This document shows, piece by piece, positions 1 through 9,906 of a DNA stretch of 64,000 nt (positions are counted from its first letter, which is position 1; the number at the start of each line of letters is the position of its first letter). The DNA comes from Candidatus Poribacteria bacterium (lineage in GTDB: Bacteria > Poribacteria > WGA-4E > WGA-3G), in contig CBDBFU010000014.1 in NCBI GenBank assembly GCA_965205025.1, forward strand, positions 160,001 to 224,000, in the 5' to 3' direction. Under the pieces are notes generated by a model that did not search any database, had not been told where the DNA came from, and saw nothing but the letters and a program-made list of their open reading frames with translations. The position numbers and the translations under genes were made by a program.

Positions 1-718
1 AGATTGATCATGGTGGAGCTTATGGTGGCAAATCGGGTTATCCATTCCAAGAAATGAGTGATGACGAGCACCGTTGGATTACGGCAGCATATTGGGCAAT
101 GATTGATGTAATAGATACACAAGTCGGACGTCTAATTCACTTCTTGGATGAAATTGAACAGAGAGAAAACACAATTATTATCTTTACATCTGATCATGGA
201 GAAATGCTTGGGGATCACGGTATATACCTAAAAGGACCATATTTCTATGAACCTGCTGTTCGGGTGCCACTCATCATTTCAGGACCGAATATGTTGAATA
301 ATGGTGAAGGTTCAGATGCCCTTGTGGAATTAGTGGATTTAGCCCCCACACTAATGGAAGCAGCCAATTGGAACCATTTCCTGGTATGCAGGGTCAAAGT
401 ATATTGCCCATGCTATCAGGGGCAAAATGCTTGGATTCACATAGGGAGGATGTCTATTGCGAATACTATAACGCTATGGGTTGGCATCGTGAACCCACTG
501 CAAATGCTACGATGGTAAGAAACTATCGCTATAAGATAGTTGCTGCACATGGTACTGATAGTGGAGAATTATATGATCTGGAAACCGATCCGAATGAAAC
601 ACACAATCTATGGAACAATTCGGATTACAAGGATGTAAAACTAACTATGCAGGATAGATTAATCGATCGGATGGCATGGACAGTTGATCCATTACCTGAA
701 AGGCAAGCACCGTGGTAG
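1..718 (+). CDS. Sulfatase family hydrolase, 3' part (5' end outside window), with a frameshift near 368
   Basis: FTSDHGEMLGDHG and ELYDLETDPNETHNLW motifs split over ORFs 54..518 and 368..718; frame is open from base 3. Confidence 0.85.
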
Positions 719-1348
719 CAATAAATATAGACAGTCCTTATTATAAATTAATACATCTCCATAAATATCCCTCTATTACTTCCCTGATATTTATTTGTTT
801 ATTCATTTCAAACCCAGTTGTATACTCAGATAATATCCTACAACGGTGGGATCAAGATCTTTTTAATCGAATTTACGATGCACCACCCCATAGTGAACCA
901 TTGTGGACTGGAATGGAAATAACCACAGAATTTGGACACTACCGTGCAGTCATGGGGTGCTCTATTTTGCTTATGGCGTACGGTAATGAAGACCATCGAA
1001 ATACTGGACGACTTGTCACTTCGGCATACTTAGGGGCATGTGTTGTAACATACGGAATGAAACACCTGATTGGTAGAAAACGTCCACTTGATACTACTTT
1101 GGGGAGTCCAGCAATGCCATCAGGACATGCAGCGTTAGCATTTAGTACAGCAACCGATTCTTGGGTGTCGATATCCGAAGTGGCGTATACCCTTATATAT
1201 TGGTGCTGGACTGGTAGGATTCTCACGCATCTATCTTGGAAGACATTATACATCAGACGTGTTAATAGGTGCTGGCATCGGCACAACAATCGGTTTCCTC
1301 GTCTGGAACAACCGCAATGACGTTGTTAAAATGGGAGTTTTTAACTAA
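712..1348 (+). CDS. PAP2 family phosphatase, frameshifted near 1156
   Basis: K..GRKRP and PSGH motifs in the first frame; third motif SRIYLGRHYTSDV in the shifted frame, ending at TAA 1346-1348. Confidence 0.8.
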
Positions 1349-1376
1349 ACAACCTATATTAGTGGGATTCGGATAC

Positions 1377-1592
1377 TTAATTAAGCGTATTTACATTGTT
1401 CTCTGCTTTGGTATAGTCAATAAACTCCAAGGGATTTGTTCCATTCTGATATTCCTCAATATTCGTGTATCTGTCTTTGTCATTATCCTCTAAGGAATTG
1501 GAAGCATCCAAATAATTAAGCTCATATCTCTTTTCCCATTCATTAGGCATTCCATCCTTATCACTTTCAAGTGATGTTGGTAGACTCTTCAA
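1377..1592 (-). pseudogene. Orphan 3' fragment with Ca-binding DxDxDG repeats, as found at the C-terminus of secreted pectate-lyase-like proteins
   Basis: ESDKDGMPNEWEKRYELN...DNDKDRYTNIEEYQNGTNP; no upstream body of the gene. Confidence 0.6.
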
Positions 1593-1726
1593 TTCTGCCC
1601 AATCACAAACATCTTTTTGTCAGTCAATAATTCCACTAAAATCTCAATTCCAAATAAATCTAATCAGAATCTACCGACTGACAGTAAATTCATCACTACC
1701 CTAATCCAGTTTAATTACCCATTATT

Positions 1727-1919
1727 AGAAACAAAATCTAAAAAATATGAAGAAAACACCCATAAAATAACATCTAACATACATATATCACAAAAAGCAT
1801 AAAAGATTATAGGTTAGTACACAAACTAAAAACTGTAAACTCATAAATAAGAACTAATGACTATCTTTAAAAACGATCCTAATTACGGAATCTTATATAC
1901 GTCAAAAAAGCATACCTTA
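1727..1919. repeat. Dispersed A-rich repeat family B, copy 1
   Basis: Blocks ATGAAGAAAACACC, ATACATATATCACAAAAA, CTAATGACT..ACGATCCTAAT..ATATACGTCAAAAAA.CATACCTT recur in the same order at 38212-38627. Confidence 0.75.
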
Positions 1920-1925
1920 ATCCAC

Positions 1926-2075
1926 ACTTAAGTTGTATAATAGTTAACAAATGTGATTCGCGGAGAATTGATGCATTTAAAATTATAAACCCTTATAGAA
2001 TAAGGATTCGCAAAATTGCTCCGTGAAGGTTTCCGTGAAAGGACAACCATCTCAAAACAAAAAATATTAACACTT
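1926..2075 (+). repeat. Structured ~150-bp repeat family A, copy 1
   Basis: ACTTAAGTT...TTCRCGGAGAATT...AAACCCTTAT..TAAGG...AATTGCTCCGTGAAGGTTTCCGTGAAAG...AATATTAACA; also at 19858 and 39199. Confidence 0.9.
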
Positions 2076-2124
2076 ATTGACATATATGTCCAGCGTTACA
2101 TGTTGGGTTGGCAATTCCCGCCAC

Positions 2125-2153
2125 TTGACACACCCCCATTCCCATGCTATCCT
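2125..2153 (+). promoter_or_regulatory. Putative sigma70 promoter of the R-M operon
   Basis: TTGACA-17nt-TATCCT with extended TG, 40 bp upstream of the MTase ATG. Confidence 0.55.
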
Positions 2154-2193
2154 TACTAAACAAATCAAGGACAACTTGTAGGTAAAAATATCT

Positions 2194-3333
2194 ATGAGAA
2201 CTACACATAAGATCCTTTTTCAAGATTCACGTGAGTTGAAGGAAATTCCATCAGAAAGTGTTGATCTTGTGGTCACCTCGCCACCTTATCCTATGATAGC
2301 GATGTGGGATGAAATGTTTGGCAATCAGAATCCAGACATTCAGGATGCGTTAACAAGTGGCAGTGGAAATCAGGCTTATGCGTTGATGCATGAAATTCTC
2401 GATTCTGTCTGGGATGAAGTCTTTAGAGTTTTAAAAAACGGCAGATTTGCATGTATTAACATAGGGGATGCAACGAGGACGGTAGAAGGTAATTTTTGTT
2501 TGTATCCGAATCACGCAAGAATCTTGACTTATCTATTAAAGATAGGGTTTTTAGCTCTACCTGATATCCTTTGGCGAAAACAGGCAAACACACCAAACAA
2601 GTTCATGGGTTCGGGGATGCTCCCCGCGGGTGCTTATGTTACGTTAGAACATGAATATATTCTGATTGTAAGAAAAGGTCCTAAAAGGATATTTAATTCA
2701 GAAAAAGAAAAACAAAACAGACGTGAAAGTGCGTTGTTTTGGGAAGAAAGGAACGTCTGGTATTCAGATATTTGGTTTGATCTTAAGGGAACTACGCAGA
2801 AACTTAATAAAACATCAAGGGATAGAAGTGGGGCATATCCTTTTGAATTGGCTTATAGACTTATAAACATGTATTCAGCAAAGAATGATGTAATATTAGA
2901 CCCATTTTTAGGGACTGGTACAACAACTGCTGCGGCGATGGCATCAGGACGAAATAGTATCGGTGTTGAAATTGATGAGAGTTTTCGACAGTCAATAGAT
3001 CCAATTGCTTGTGAAATTATTCAATTTTCAAATGATTATATACATGACAGAATAATAAGACATTTTGAGTTTGTCAATGAACGTCTCCAAAGTTCAAAAC
3101 CCTTGAAATATAAGAATAAATATTACAGATGTCCAGTGGTGACAAGTCAAGAACAACATATAATTGTGAATTTCCTAAAAGAAGCTCAAACGAATAAAAG
3201 CGATATTTTTGATGTTTCATATTCACCGGAACCAGGTCCATTAGTTTTTGATGACTATGCTCTAACTAAATCTAATGAAAAGATGCAATCTATTAAAAAG
3301 CAAAATCAACTGAATATATTTGATATGCAATGA
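2194..3333 (+). CDS. N4-cytosine DNA methyltransferase (beta class, M.MjaI/M.MthZI-like)
   Basis: VVTSPPY catalytic motif followed by the DPFLGTGTT SAM-binding motif. Confidence 0.9.
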   Translation: MRTTHKILFQDSRELKEIPSESVDLVVTSPPYPMIAMWDEMFGNQNPDIQDALTSGSGNQAYALMHEILDSVWDEVFRVLKNGRFACINIGDATRTVEGNFCLYPNHARILTYLLKIGFLALPDILWRKQANTPNKFMGSGMLPAGAYVTLEHEYILIVRKGPKRIFNSEKEKQNRRESALFWEERNVWYSDIWFDLKGTTQKLNKTSRDRSGAYPFELAYRLINMYSAKNDVILDPFLGTGTTTAAAMASGRNSIGVEIDESFRQSIDPIACEIIQFSNDYIHDRIIRHFEFVNERLQSSKPLKYKNKYYRCPVVTSQEQHIIVNFLKEAQTNKSDIFDVSYSPEPGPLVFDDYALTKSNEKMQSIKKQNQLNIFDMQ

Positions 3334-3357
3334 GTTGAAATTATTAGAGAGCAGCGT

Positions 3358-3944
3358 ATGAAAATAAAACTGAGTAATGATGAGATTCAGGAGTATGTGA
3401 TTAAAGCACCAACATACGAATTTCCAAAGTATACGACACAAATAATGAATCTTACTAATCAAAATTCACAAGCCACGCGCCCAAAAAATGTTGGACAAAT
3501 GACTGATTTAATCCAAGAATTTCCAGGACAAACTTTTGACGAATGGGTTCAATGGTATCAAGAAAGATATCCGAATGCAATTGATGAGGCTACTGAAAAA
3601 ATAATACAGATGGTAGAAACCTTAAAGAAGCATTCATCAAAATTGACCGTGAGATGGTTAGGACGTGGGTTGAAGATTTGATACTTGTTAAAACATACAC
3701 AGGACTTAGATTTCAGGAAGCAATTCTGCGAAAGTTATCAGAAATCAAAGGTTGTGATTACCGTCTAGCAGAACCTTCTGAAGAATCCCAAGGGATTGAT
3801 GGTTTCGTAGGTGAAGATGCATATTCCATTAAACCAAATACGTATGAAGTAATGCCGTTTCTATCTGAATCGATTGATATTAAAATGATCTTTTACGAAA
3901 AGAAGAGGGATGGTGTTGTGTTTGAAATTCAAGAAGATGAATGA
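3358..3944 (+). pseudogene. MjaI-family type II restriction endonuclease split by a frameshift near 3623
   Basis: FPKYTTQIMN..QATRPKNVGQM in the first ORF; WVEDLILVKTY..GIDGFVG..SIKP (PD-D/ExK) in the second; directly downstream of the MTase. Confidence 0.8.
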
Positions 3945-3988
3945 ACTATTGAAGAAAGAAATGAAGCATAATAAAGTGATAGAATCTT

Positions 3989-4654
3989 ATGAAAATGCAG
4001 AATTTCGTTGCAGAATTTGTCGGCACCTTCGCGCTAATCTTTATCGGTGCAGGCGCGTTAGCAATTGATAAAGGAGGATTATTAGAGGTTGCACTTGCAC
4101 ACGGGTTCGTGATTATAGGGTATGTGTATGCCTACGGACATATCTCAGGTACACATATTAACCCTGCTGTGACGCTTGGATTTTTGGTAGCAGGTGAAAT
4201 TCGATTTGGTGCAGCCATAGGATATTGGATTGTTCAGTTTGCTGGTGGAATTTTAGGGGCGTTCGTACTTAAAGGAATGTTACCGGTGGACGGTGATTTA
4301 GGAGTCACTATTTTGGCGGAGAATGTATCCGTAACCCAAGGACTCTTTGTTGAAATCGTGCTGACCTTCTTCCTCGTCAATACGATTTTCAATACTGCAG
4401 TAAGTGGTAAAGTTGGAAACTTTGCTGGACTCGCCATAGGGTTAACTTTAGTTGCTTGCATCCTGATGGGTGGACCGTTGACGCGTGCTTCACTGAATCC
4501 TGCCCGGACGCTGGGACCTGCTATCGCAGCCGGTGCTGAACATGCTCAGTGGGGTAACATCTGGCTTTATTTTGTCGGTCCTTTTATAGGAGCAGTGCTC
4601 GCAGCACTTCTCTATATCGGTGTTTTGAAAGATAAAGGAACTGAAACTGAATAG
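3989..4654 (+). CDS. MIP family aquaporin
   Basis: AEFVGTF motif, two NPA boxes (HINPAVT, SLNPART), six hydrophobic helices. Confidence 0.95.
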   Translation: MKMQNFVAEFVGTFALIFIGAGALAIDKGGLLEVALAHGFVIIGYVYAYGHISGTHINPAVTLGFLVAGEIRFGAAIGYWIVQFAGGILGAFVLKGMLPVDGDLGVTILAENVSVTQGLFVEIVLTFFLVNTIFNTAVSGKVGNFAGLAIGLTLVACILMGGPLTRASLNPARTLGPAIAAGAEHAQWGNIWLYFVGPFIGAVLAALLYIGVLKDKGTETE

Positions 4655-4680
4655 TTGATAATTTAATGTGAGTTGGGTAG

Positions 4681-4801
4681 TTATACCATTTCTATTTAAA
4701 TAGTTCACATTATGAATACTCTTAGTAGTCCCCCTGATAAGGGGGATTTAGGGGGTTTCTTTAAGTTAATAATGGGCGATCATTATTTAGAAATGGTATT
4801 A
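4681..4801. mobile_element. MITE family C shell with a GTAG-CCCCC/GGGGG hairpin cargo
   Basis: TTA|TACCATTTCTA...TAGAAATGGTA|TTA; internal GTAGTCCCCCTGATAAGGGGGA. Confidence 0.8.
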
Positions 4802-4962
4802 GATTGAATATAGATAATGCTATAGAGGCTTCGGTGGTGATTCCCTACGGGATTTATCAAATTGACATTAATTTAAAATAAAACTGGTTGATGCCTTTTA
4901 AGCATCAACCTTACTTTTTTACTATTGCAAGGCACAGAGTCCTTGCAATACAATACGGTGGA

Positions 4963-5658
4963 TTAAGCCTCAACGTTGATCGGAATTTCCGTTGGTTTAG
5001 CCTCTTCAGTTTTCGGAATCTCAATAGTCAAAACACCATTCTCGAATTCGGCTTTTATATCATCAGTTTTCGCATTTGGTGGAAGTGGGAGTACCCGTTT
5101 AAAACTCCCATATCGTAATTCCGACCGGCGTGGGTGTTGTGTTTCATCTGCCTGCTTCCGCTCCTTCTTCCCTTTTACCTTCAATAAATCGTCAGTTACA
5201 GTAATACTAACATCGTTTTGTGAAATGCCAGGAAGTTCAACTATCACTTCATACCTATCTTCAGAAACAGAAAACTCAATGGGTGGATGCCAATTGTTTT
5301 TTCCTCTTTTCGTTTTTCCCTCACGAAACGCGAACCTCTTGTCAAAAACGTGCCGCCTCCGATTGTGATGCCAGAAAAAATCTTGCATTGGATGATGTGG
5401 TCTGAAGTTTCCTTGTGCTGAACGGCGGCGATTTCTCCTACCTCTCGGTGGACGATGTTCCCAATTTTCACGTGATACGAATGGTCGGTGTCGTCGTGGA
5501 CTTCTTACTTGTGATTGTGGTCCCTGTCTTCCACCCTCAGTCTGTTGCAAACGGTGACGAGGTCTCCTATTCTGTCCGGGACCTCTACCTTGTGCCGGAC
5601 GACTTCTCCGTGGCCCTTGGAAAGCACCTCTTGGACCGGGTTGTGGTCTATTTCTCAT
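4963..5658 (-). CDS. Hsp20/alpha-crystallin small heat-shock protein with long Arg-rich N-terminal extension
   Basis: VELPGI, YGSFKRVLPLP and AEFENGVLTIEIPK motifs, C-terminal IPI motif; GGAG RBS before the ATG. Confidence 0.9.
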   Translation of the reverse strand: MRNRPQPGPRGAFQGPRRSRPAQGRGPGQNRRPRHRLQQTEGGRQGPQSQVRSPRRHRPFVSRENWEHRPPRGRRNRRRSAQGNFRPHHPMQDFFWHHNRRRHVFDKRFAFREGKTKRGKNNWHPPIEFSVSEDRYEVIVELPGISQNDVSITVTDDLLKVKGKKERKQADETQHPRRSELRYGSFKRVLPLPPNAKTDDIKAEFENGVLTIEIPKTEEAKPTEIPINVEA

Positions 5659-6029
5659 TTCAATTCTCCATTTCTAATCTTATATTCTAAATTATTCTCT
5701 TTTTCATTAGTATTTGACCACTATACTTATGAAATGTTCGAAATAAGTGATGCAAAGTTAACAGGACATGTATAATCAATTACGGAATTAGTCGTTTTAG
5801 ACTTGGTAAAATATTTAAAAAGTGCGATAATCCCTCGTATTGATTGGGTTTATATGGTATAAGAGATAAGAAAATAGGGGGCTGTAACCCCCTAATTGAA
5901 CACAAAAAACGAGTTATTTTCTGATATTCTCACTTATCTACATTGTATAAGAATCCGTCAGAAAAATCAACTTATTACGGAGTATCTGATGGATTGATTA
6001 AGATTATGGAGATGTTCCCAACCCAAAGA

Positions 6030-6128
6030 ATCGAGGATTGGAATCCCCTCCTATAGAAGAGAAGATCAGGGATTCGAAACCCCTACTACAGATGAGGATA
6101 ACGGGTGTGGAAATCCCATACAGAAGGT
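6030..6128 (-). repeat. Three degenerate tandem REP-like units of ~33-35 bp
   Basis: ATCGAGGATTGGAATCCCCTCCTATAG / ATCAGGGATTCGAAACCCCTACTACAG / ACGGGTGTGGAAATCCCATACAG; reverse complement resembles CTGTAGGAG... at 37846. Confidence 0.55.
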
Positions 6129-6192
6129 TTTCTTATTTTTGTTTTCTTTATTGCTTGTGTCAACAGAATTATCATGTTAAAATATCATTTGT

Positions 6193-7575
6193 ATGAATTC
6201 AAATGATACAGAATATATACATAGAAAGTTCCAATCTTTCCTTGGTGACCGTTATATTACCGATACTTTCGTTCGTACATCTCATGCTAAGGATGCATCA
6301 TACCACGAAGGGGAACCACCATTTGCAGTTGCTTTTCCTCAGACAAACAGCGAGGTATCGGAAGTTGTAAAGGTCTGTTCAGAATATAAAATACCCATTA
6401 TTCCATTTGGTGCCGGTACAGGAGTAGAAGGGGCAGTTACGTCCAATGATAACAGTCTATGTATATCTACAATGAGGATGAATAGGATTCTCCGTGTGGA
6501 ACAGGATGATAAAGATGCGACTGTACAGTCAGGTGTGACTCGACTACAGTTAAATAATCATCTTTCAGAAATTGGTAGTCAACTTCATTTTCCGGTTGAT
6601 CCTGGTGCTGATGCATCAATTGGGGGTATGGCTGCAACCCGTGCGTCAGGAACGAGTGCTGTTTTATACGGTACGATGGTGGAAAATATACTCGGTTTGA
6701 CTGTAATAACGTCTGACGGGTCGATTGTTAAAACTGGAGGAAGAGCAAAGAAGTCATCTGCCGGTTATGACCTTACTCGATTGTTTATCGGTTCAGAAGG
6801 AACATTAGGTATAATTACTGAGATTATTGTGAAATTAGTTCGTCAACCAGAATCTGTTGCTGCAGCGGTTTGTGCATTTTCGTCTATTGAGGATGCTGTA
6901 AATACAGTTATAGAGGTTAATAATACAGGTATTAATATCGCACGGATTGAGTTATTAGATGAAAATCAGATGGTAGCAGTTAATAAGTATTCTGGATCTG
7001 ATTATGAAATAACCCCTACACTCTTTTTTGAGTTTCACGGAACTATTAACCATGTTGAGGAAAATTCAGAATCGTTAGGACGGATTGCAACTTCTCATGG
7101 TGGTAAGAATTTTCAGTGGACATCTGAGGAAAAGGATCGAAAACGACTATGGCAGGCGCGATATGATTGTTATTATGCATCACTGAATTTACGTCCTGGA
7201 TCAGTAGGATATGTAACTGATGTATGTGTACCTATCTCCAATTTGGCAGCATGTATATCACAAACAAGAACAGTGTTGAGTAGATCGAACCTTTTATACA
7301 CCATATTGGGACATGTTGGAGATGGTAATTTCCATGTTGTTTTTCCACTTGAATCAGGAAATGAGGATGAATTGGCAGAAGCACGAAGACTGAGTTTGCA
7401 AATTGTAGAAATTGCCTTAATGATGGAAGGAACATGTACAGGTGAACATGGTATTGGAATAGGGAAACGCGAGGCATTACTGAAGGAGCATGAAGAAGGA
7501 GTAGGTCTCATGCGGACAATTAAACAAGCATTAGATCCATATAATCTGATGAATCCTGGCAAAGTGTTTAATTAA
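6193..7575 (+). CDS. FAD-linked oxidase (D-lactate dehydrogenase/GlcD family)
   Basis: PFGAGTGVEG, DPGADASIGGM, GSEGTLG, HVGDGNFH, GEHGIG and NPGK motifs. Confidence 0.92.
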   Translation: MNSNDTEYIHRKFQSFLGDRYITDTFVRTSHAKDASYHEGEPPFAVAFPQTNSEVSEVVKVCSEYKIPIIPFGAGTGVEGAVTSNDNSLCISTMRMNRILRVEQDDKDATVQSGVTRLQLNNHLSEIGSQLHFPVDPGADASIGGMAATRASGTSAVLYGTMVENILGLTVITSDGSIVKTGGRAKKSSAGYDLTRLFIGSEGTLGIITEIIVKLVRQPESVAAAVCAFSSIEDAVNTVIEVNNTGINIARIELLDENQMVAVNKYSGSDYEITPTLFFEFHGTINHVEENSESLGRIATSHGGKNFQWTSEEKDRKRLWQARYDCYYASLNLRPGSVGYVTDVCVPISNLAACISQTRTVLSRSNLLYTILGHVGDGNFHVVFPLESGNEDELAEARRLSLQIVEIALMMEGTCTGEHGIGIGKREALLKEHEEGVGLMRTIKQALDPYNLMNPGKVFN

Positions 7576-7580
7576 TTACA

Positions 7581-8670
7581 CAGGACTTACGCAAAATTAC
7601 AAAATGTGTTATTCTTATTGATTATGAACACATTTACACATTCTAAAAAGAAGCAAGACTTATTTTCCGATTATTGTCAATATTTGTTTTCAAGTTTTAC
7701 TAATTTTACACAAACTTATTTTGCTAAACATACAGACCGTTGGAGCCACGATCAACTCAATCGCTTTCTGAGAGACGAAAACATTCCTACAAGTGAACTC
7801 TGGGCATCCGTCAAAGACGACATCGACTTTGATGAAGAAGGATACCTGATTTTTGATGATGTTGTGCTGTCAAAAATACATTCTAAACGGATTGAAATAG
7901 TACGCTCTCAATGGAGTGGTAGTGACAGAAAGGTGATTCAAGGTATCGGTATTGTCACCTGTCTCTATGTCAACCCTAAGACACAGGAATATTGGGTCAT
8001 TGATTACCGTATTTTTGACAGAGATCATGACGGTAAAACCAAAATCGATCATTTATTGGATATGTTGCACGATGCTTATTCTAAGAAACAACTCCCATTC
8101 CGGACAGTCTTGATGGACTCTTGGTATGCGTCCATGAAAGTGATGAAAGCGATTGATAGACTTTCTAAGATCTATTATGTTCCGTTGAAACGAAACCGTC
8201 TTGTGAATGATACCAAAGGTGTAGAACCTCACAAGGCAGTCAAAGATCTATCTTGGTCTCAAGCAGAAAAGAAAAGCGGTAAACGCGTACATCTCAAAAA
8301 CTTTCCGAAAGGTTCTGTCGTAAAGTTATTCCGGTTTGTGTCTGATACCGGACGCACGGAATATATAGTGACAAACGATTTGACACAATCAAATGTGGAT
8401 ATGACTCACCAAAAGTGTCGTCTCCGTTGGAAGATTGAACTCCTTCATCGTGAGATGAAACAAGTAACCGGTATTGGTAAATGCCAATGTCGTAAGGTGC
8501 GTGCCCAGAGAAATCATATTGCGTGTAGTTTCCAAGTATGGGTCTTTATGACGCGTGTTGTACGTGCTGTTGGACAAAAGATTTACGAGTTTAAAGATGG
8601 TTTATTGAGTGATTACTTAAAACATCAACTCTCAAATCCTTCAATAAAATTTAAAACTGCGTAAGTCCTG
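7581..8670 (+). mobile_element. Complete IS701-family insertion sequence
   Basis: 13-bp TIR CAGGACTTACGCA/TGCGTAAGTCCTG; 6-bp direct repeat ATTACA at 7575-7580 and 8671-8676. Confidence 0.92.
7624..8664 (+). CDS. IS701-family DDE transposase
   Basis: SHDQLNRFL, IFDD, VLMDSWYA, RWKIELLHRE.KQ and CQCR...QRNH motifs; stop codon lies inside the right TIR. Confidence 0.92.
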   Translation: MNTFTHSKKKQDLFSDYCQYLFSSFTNFTQTYFAKHTDRWSHDQLNRFLRDENIPTSELWASVKDDIDFDEEGYLIFDDVVLSKIHSKRIEIVRSQWSGSDRKVIQGIGIVTCLYVNPKTQEYWVIDYRIFDRDHDGKTKIDHLLDMLHDAYSKKQLPFRTVLMDSWYASMKVMKAIDRLSKIYYVPLKRNRLVNDTKGVEPHKAVKDLSWSQAEKKSGKRVHLKNFPKGSVVKLFRFVSDTGRTEYIVTNDLTQSNVDMTHQKCRLRWKIELLHREMKQVTGIGKCQCRKVRAQRNHIACSFQVWVFMTRVVRAVGQKIYEFKDGLLSDYLKHQLSNPSIKFKTA

Positions 8671-8851
8671 ATTACATTAAAATTTCAACCATTAGAATAA
8701 TGGAGGTTATATTTCAATGAGAACATAATTAATGGATATCCACATATATCCATACGCTCTAATCATAGTTTAGAGAAATATCTATTAGGATCGAGAACAA
8801 ACAACCATTCCCAAATAATATACAATTCTACTGATTATAAGAGAATATAAA

Positions 8852-9853
8852 ATGTCTAAAGATTGGAAAATATTAATAACTGATTATGCATGGACATCAC
8901 TTGAACCTGAACAAGAAGTCATATCTAAAATTGGAGGTGAATTAATTATAGCTGAATCCGGTTCAGAATCAGAATTGGTGAAATTCGCCCCAATAGTGGA
9001 TGCTATTCTTACTTGTTGGAAACCAGTTCAGGAAAGAGTAATTAATGCGGCAAAAAAATGTCAGATTATCTCCAGATATGGTATAGGTGTTGATAACATA
9101 AACGTAGTAACTGCTACAGAACAAGGAATTATAGTAACGAATGTTCCAACATATTGTGTAGATGAGGTATCAGATCATACTATTGCACTTATGCTTAGTT
9201 GTGTTAGAAAAACCTCTCGTTATAATAGATCAGTCAGATCTGGTAAATGGGATTCATCTATTGGTGAAAAAATGTATCGGTTACGTGGTAAGACATTAGG
9301 TGTTATTGGATTTGGCAATATTGCAAAATCAGTAATTCAGAAGGCTATATCTTTTGGACTTGAAATTAAAGTTTATTCTCCTCGAACATCTGAAAAAGAA
9401 ATAGAAAATCATGGAGCGATAAAGGTCTCGTTTGAGAATCTTCTGAGTGAATCTGATATACTCACGATACATGCCCCATTAACACATGAGACTCATCATA
9501 TGTTTAAATTTCAAGAATTTTGTCAGATGAAAAATTCTGCCTATCTTATTAATACTGCTCGTGGAGGAATCATTGATTCTGGAGCACTTGAAAAAGCATT
9601 AAAATCCGGAGAAATAGCAGGAGCGGGAATTGATGTCTTGGAAGCCGAACCCCCTTATATAGATGAACCCCTTTTATATATGAATAATGTTGTAATAACT
9701 CCTCATGCAGCCTATATGTCTGAGGAATCAATCCATGAATTGCAGATTACTGCTGCAAAATGTGTGGTTGATGTGTTATCTGGACAACTTCCAAAGACGG
9801 TGATTAACCCAACTGTGTTAGAACAATCAAACCTTCGGGCAAATATAACATAA
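8852..9853 (+). CDS. D-isomer-specific 2-hydroxyacid dehydrogenase (SerA/CtBP-like)
   Basis: RYGIGVDN, GVIGFGNIA, INTARG, DVLEAEP and TPHAA motifs. Confidence 0.92.
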   Translation: MSKDWKILITDYAWTSLEPEQEVISKIGGELIIAESGSESELVKFAPIVDAILTCWKPVQERVINAAKKCQIISRYGIGVDNINVVTATEQGIIVTNVPTYCVDEVSDHTIALMLSCVRKTSRYNRSVRSGKWDSSIGEKMYRLRGKTLGVIGFGNIAKSVIQKAISFGLEIKVYSPRTSEKEIENHGAIKVSFENLLSESDILTIHAPLTHETHHMFKFQEFCQMKNSAYLINTARGGIIDSGALEKALKSGEIAGAGIDVLEAEPPYIDEPLLYMNNVVITPHAAYMSEESIHELQITAAKCVVDVLSGQLPKTVINPTVLEQSNLRANIT

Positions 9854-9906
9854 AAGGATAATTCTGGTTATTCGAACAATCATAATTTAAGATTTTGGAG
9901 AACTTA

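Noticed and set aside
1-3700. Three single-base frameshifts (sulfatase ~368, PAP2 ~1156, REase ~3623) as programmed recoding or phase variation
   Set aside because: No slippery or homopolymer tracts; they cluster at the window start while later long genes are intact, so sequencing/assembly error or simple decay is likelier
6030-6128. tRNA or tRNA fragment suggested by GGATTCGAAACCCC
   Set aside because: T-loop-like word only; no cloverleaf, and it is one of three degenerate tandem units
8702-8728. Strong RBS plus 3-codon ORF (MRT*) as a leader peptide upstream of the trpB operon
   Set aside because: No Trp codons and no attenuator hairpins seen; probably a decayed gene start beside IS701
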